Part shown: in pieces, positions 61,195 through 64,000 of the stretch
Layout: each line of letters starts with the position of its first letter
How positions within the stretch are numbered: position 1 is the stretch's first letter
From: Alloascoidea hylecoeti
Lineage: Eukaryota
Direction of reading: 5' to 3'
Length of the DNA: 64,000 bases
NCBI GenBank assembly: GCA_001600815.1
Contig: BCKZ01000020.1
Coordinates: 212,831-276,830, forward strand
Notes under the pieces: generated by a model
What the model was told of the DNA's origin: nothing
The model's input: only the letters and a program-made list of their open reading frames with translations
The model's database searches: none
Position numbers and translations under genes: made by a program

Positions 61195-62108
61195 TATCCA
61201 TATGAGAGTTTTTGAACCCCATTATGATGTGGTAACATGCATTGAGTTTGAGCCTGACATGTAAGGTTAAAAATATACCTGGTAGTACTTAAAGAAATCA
61301 GAAAATAATTAGAAATGAATAAGTTCTGATAGAATGGCGTGAAATATAGAAATAAGAATAGAGATTCATAATATTGGAATTGTACATAGACAATTATTTG
61401 ATAAACCGTACGCTTTATATCTTATGCTCTTCCTTAATTCCAAAGCCTTTTCTATGTTTTGAAATAAAGAATAGAAGGGCCAATTTATAGAAAGTGCATT
61501 GGAATTATTGAATATCATAAGATATAGCTATATAATACAAAATTAAAATAAAAATTAGAAGTAATTGCGGTTTTCACACTATGAGTAAAAAAACCAAAGA
61601 TTATTGTCTTTTCAATTATTCTTTTCTTCTATAATCTACAGTGGATATGGTTCCTTAATTAAGCGTATACCTTATATTTTCTTACAAGATTATCACTAGA
61701 ATTGTTAATTATAAACACAATCCTTCAATATAATCCAGCTGAACACTACTAGTAACTTATATTTCAGTCAAAGGCGTAACCAATAGATGAAGTTTAAGTC
61801 ATTATGTTTCTGGAAAAGATTCGCAATCTAATCTTTTTGTTATTGAACGTGGTCGCTCTCCAAATCAACTAGCTATCGCTTCCCAATTGACTGCAAGCGC
61901 TAATCAATAGCACAATATAAACTAAAGTACCTTACTAATACTATTATGCTCTTGTCAGTTATCGCTAGGTTACAGCACTGGTGTTTTAACATGGAATTGA
62001 AATCAAATATAAAATACAATAGAAATTAATTACATATATAGTCTATAAACTTATATAAGTAGCATTAAAAATACATTAGTTAAAGTAAAGTAGAATAAGG
62101 TACATCAA

Positions 62109-63821
62109 TTATAAAGATAATGCCAACCAATTAGATAAACCTTCCTGTTGATTATTTATATCACTTTTCTTCTCTAATTGTTGGAAGCCAATTAATTGAT
62201 CATGTATGATATGTTCGTGATCATTTTCAATAAATTTCCAGATTTTTTCGAAATAACTTTCAGAAATACAGTAAACATTGCCATTTGAATCTACACACCA
62301 AGAGCCAATTAGTTTTGAATCGTAACCATATCTTGATGACTTATTATTATTTGATGGTTCAACATACGAAGAAATTGAATTATTATTGTTATTGATTAAT
62401 ATAACAAACGGTTTATTTTTGGAAATATTATGATAAGTTACCATTATAAATTGTTCATCTGATGAAATTTTTGTTGAGATATAACGAGAAGATCTAAGTT
62501 CTGGTTGCATTTCTTTTAAATTTACAATTTGATCATGATCTTTTTTATCTTCGGGTGAGTTATAAATGTTATAAACATTTTCTGGTGATGGAGTTAAATA
62601 TTTCATTATTTCTCTAATTGATTTAATAACGATTGAGGAATTTGTAATGAAATAAATATGACTTGAACTTAAAACCATTGATGTTTTATTTCCCTCTTGG
62701 TGATTTGATACGAAGTAATTAATTGGCAAATATCCAATTAGCTCACCTCTTAACCGTCTGTCGAGTACAATATTAGTACTAGTTGTTTTTGATTCCGTTG
62801 TGGAACTTGAGCTATATTGTGATTTATAACCATTAATAAAAACATATTTTGTGTTTAAATTTAAAGATTGATGATATTTTGAATCTTTCAATAAATTAGT
62901 TAGATCTTTTGACCAGAATTTATCACAGTAAGAAATTGGTGTTAAACTAAATGTAAAAACATCTAGACTGACTTTTGGTATATTAACTGATTCATCATTA
63001 TCCTCATTGAAAAGGTTGATAATATAGAGTTTATTATGATAAATTTTAATTAATTCTGCTGCACGGTTTATATCACTAATAATGACTTGATTTCGTGATG
63101 AGTTTTGATCGAATCTCCATAATTTATGGGTCTTAATACATCGAATGGATTTAATTATAACAGAACTATTATCAAAATAATAATTATAAGATGTATTTCT
63201 GATATATTTTATAACCATGCTATCAATAAAGATTGTTTCAAGATTTTCAAATTTATCATTTGGATTAATTAGTTCATGCCAAACCCTTATATCACTATCA
63301 TTTTGTTGTTGTGGAATATCCAATACTCTATAAATGAATTTATTGTTTAAATATTTTAAGCCACCGACGCTAACTAAGTTTTCATCATCATTTTGTATCA
63401 TTGAATAGCCAAAATCACCCTGTGATAAAACCAAATTATTTGGCATTTTAATAGTCTTTTTTATCTTATAATTATTCTTTGTTGTTGACCTTTTAGCTAT
63501 TTTATTATTTGTGCAATTGATTGGTTGCTTTTTAATTGAAATTTCCGGATTATTGATTAATATTGCTTCTTTTGATTTTTGTATTGAAATGTTATATCTA
63601 CTATTCCTTAAATTGTTTTCGACATTTTGATATTTTTTAGACTCTGATAAATATTTAATTAAAATATTATAATTTCTCTTATCGAAACGGTCAACATTAA
63701 GTGATTCAAAATTAATGATACTGTAGAGTTCCTTTGACGACCTCGATAGGTTGTAAATGTCCGCCACAGATGAAGTAAGATTGGCAATCTTTAGGATAAG
63801 TTCAGTTGGTAAAGACTCCAT
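62109..63821 (-). CDS. F-box-like protein with an unrecognised, probably beta-rich C-terminal region
   Basis: 570 aa; starts MESLPTELILKIANLTSSVADIYNLSRSSKELYSI (F-box consensus); AT-rich coding sequence. Confidence 0.72.
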   Translation of the reverse strand: MESLPTELILKIANLTSSVADIYNLSRSSKELYSIINFESLNVDRFDKRNYNILIKYLSESKKYQNVENNLRNSRYNISIQKSKEAILINNPEISIKKQPINCTNNKIAKRSTTKNNYKIKKTIKMPNNLVLSQGDFGYSMIQNDDENLVSVGGLKYLNNKFIYRVLDIPQQQNDSDIRVWHELINPNDKFENLETIFIDSMVIKYIRNTSYNYYFDNSSVIIKSIRCIKTHKLWRFDQNSSRNQVIISDINRAAELIKIYHNKLYIINLFNEDNDESVNIPKVSLDVFTFSLTPISYCDKFWSKDLTNLLKDSKYHQSLNLNTKYVFINGYKSQYSSSSTTESKTTSTNIVLDRRLRGELIGYLPINYFVSNHQEGNKTSMVLSSSHIYFITNSSIVIKSIREIMKYLTPSPENVYNIYNSPEDKKDHDQIVNLKEMQPELRSSRYISTKISSDEQFIMVTYHNISKNKPFVILINNNNNSISSYVEPSNNNKSSRYGYDSKLIGSWCVDSNGNVYCISESYFEKIWKFIENDHEHIIHDQLIGFQQLEKKSDINNQQEGLSNWLALSL

Positions 63822-64000
63822 TTTTTTATTTGCTTTATTTGCTTTATTAGTTATTTTTCATACAATATAATTTAATTGCGATTTTAATGTTCTTATATAT
63901 AGGTTTACCCCAGACTATATGAGAAGGAGAATATCGGAAACCGATGATGAATTCCGACGGAAGGAAAATATCGGACATTCTAAATAATAATTATATAAAA

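Overview
Eukaryotic, AT-rich nuclear DNA from a budding yeast (Saccharomycotina). Gene density is low, several genes have spliceosomal introns with degenerate branch points, and CUG appears to be read as Leu. Core genes: CMC2 (intron, runs off the left edge), SEC8 (2 introns, apparently short C-terminus), DOT6/TOD6, PIN4, Sec61-beta (intron), GCS1 (2 introns), PCT1 and BDF1. Nutrient and surface genes: an FCY2-type permease, a secreted two-CBM1 + GH45 endoglucanase, an OPT transporter, an ARO10-like decarboxylase, an acid phosphatase, a GPI wall protein and an LEA-like protein. There are also three divergent F-box genes and two tRNAs (Pro-TGG, Ile-AAT). Three signals stand out. (1) A decayed L1-type non-LTR retrotransposon fragment (CX2CX8HX4C finger plus stacked poly(A)-tailed modules) lies head-to-head about 60 bp upstream of tRNA-Pro, resembling tRNA-targeting TRE5 elements. 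(2) An apparently non-coding spliced transcript near 38.3-38.7 kb has a strongly structured RNA in its first intron. (3) The CBM1-CBM1-GH45 cellulase has a Mucorales-like architecture. Orthology calls come from recalled motifs; no database searches were run.
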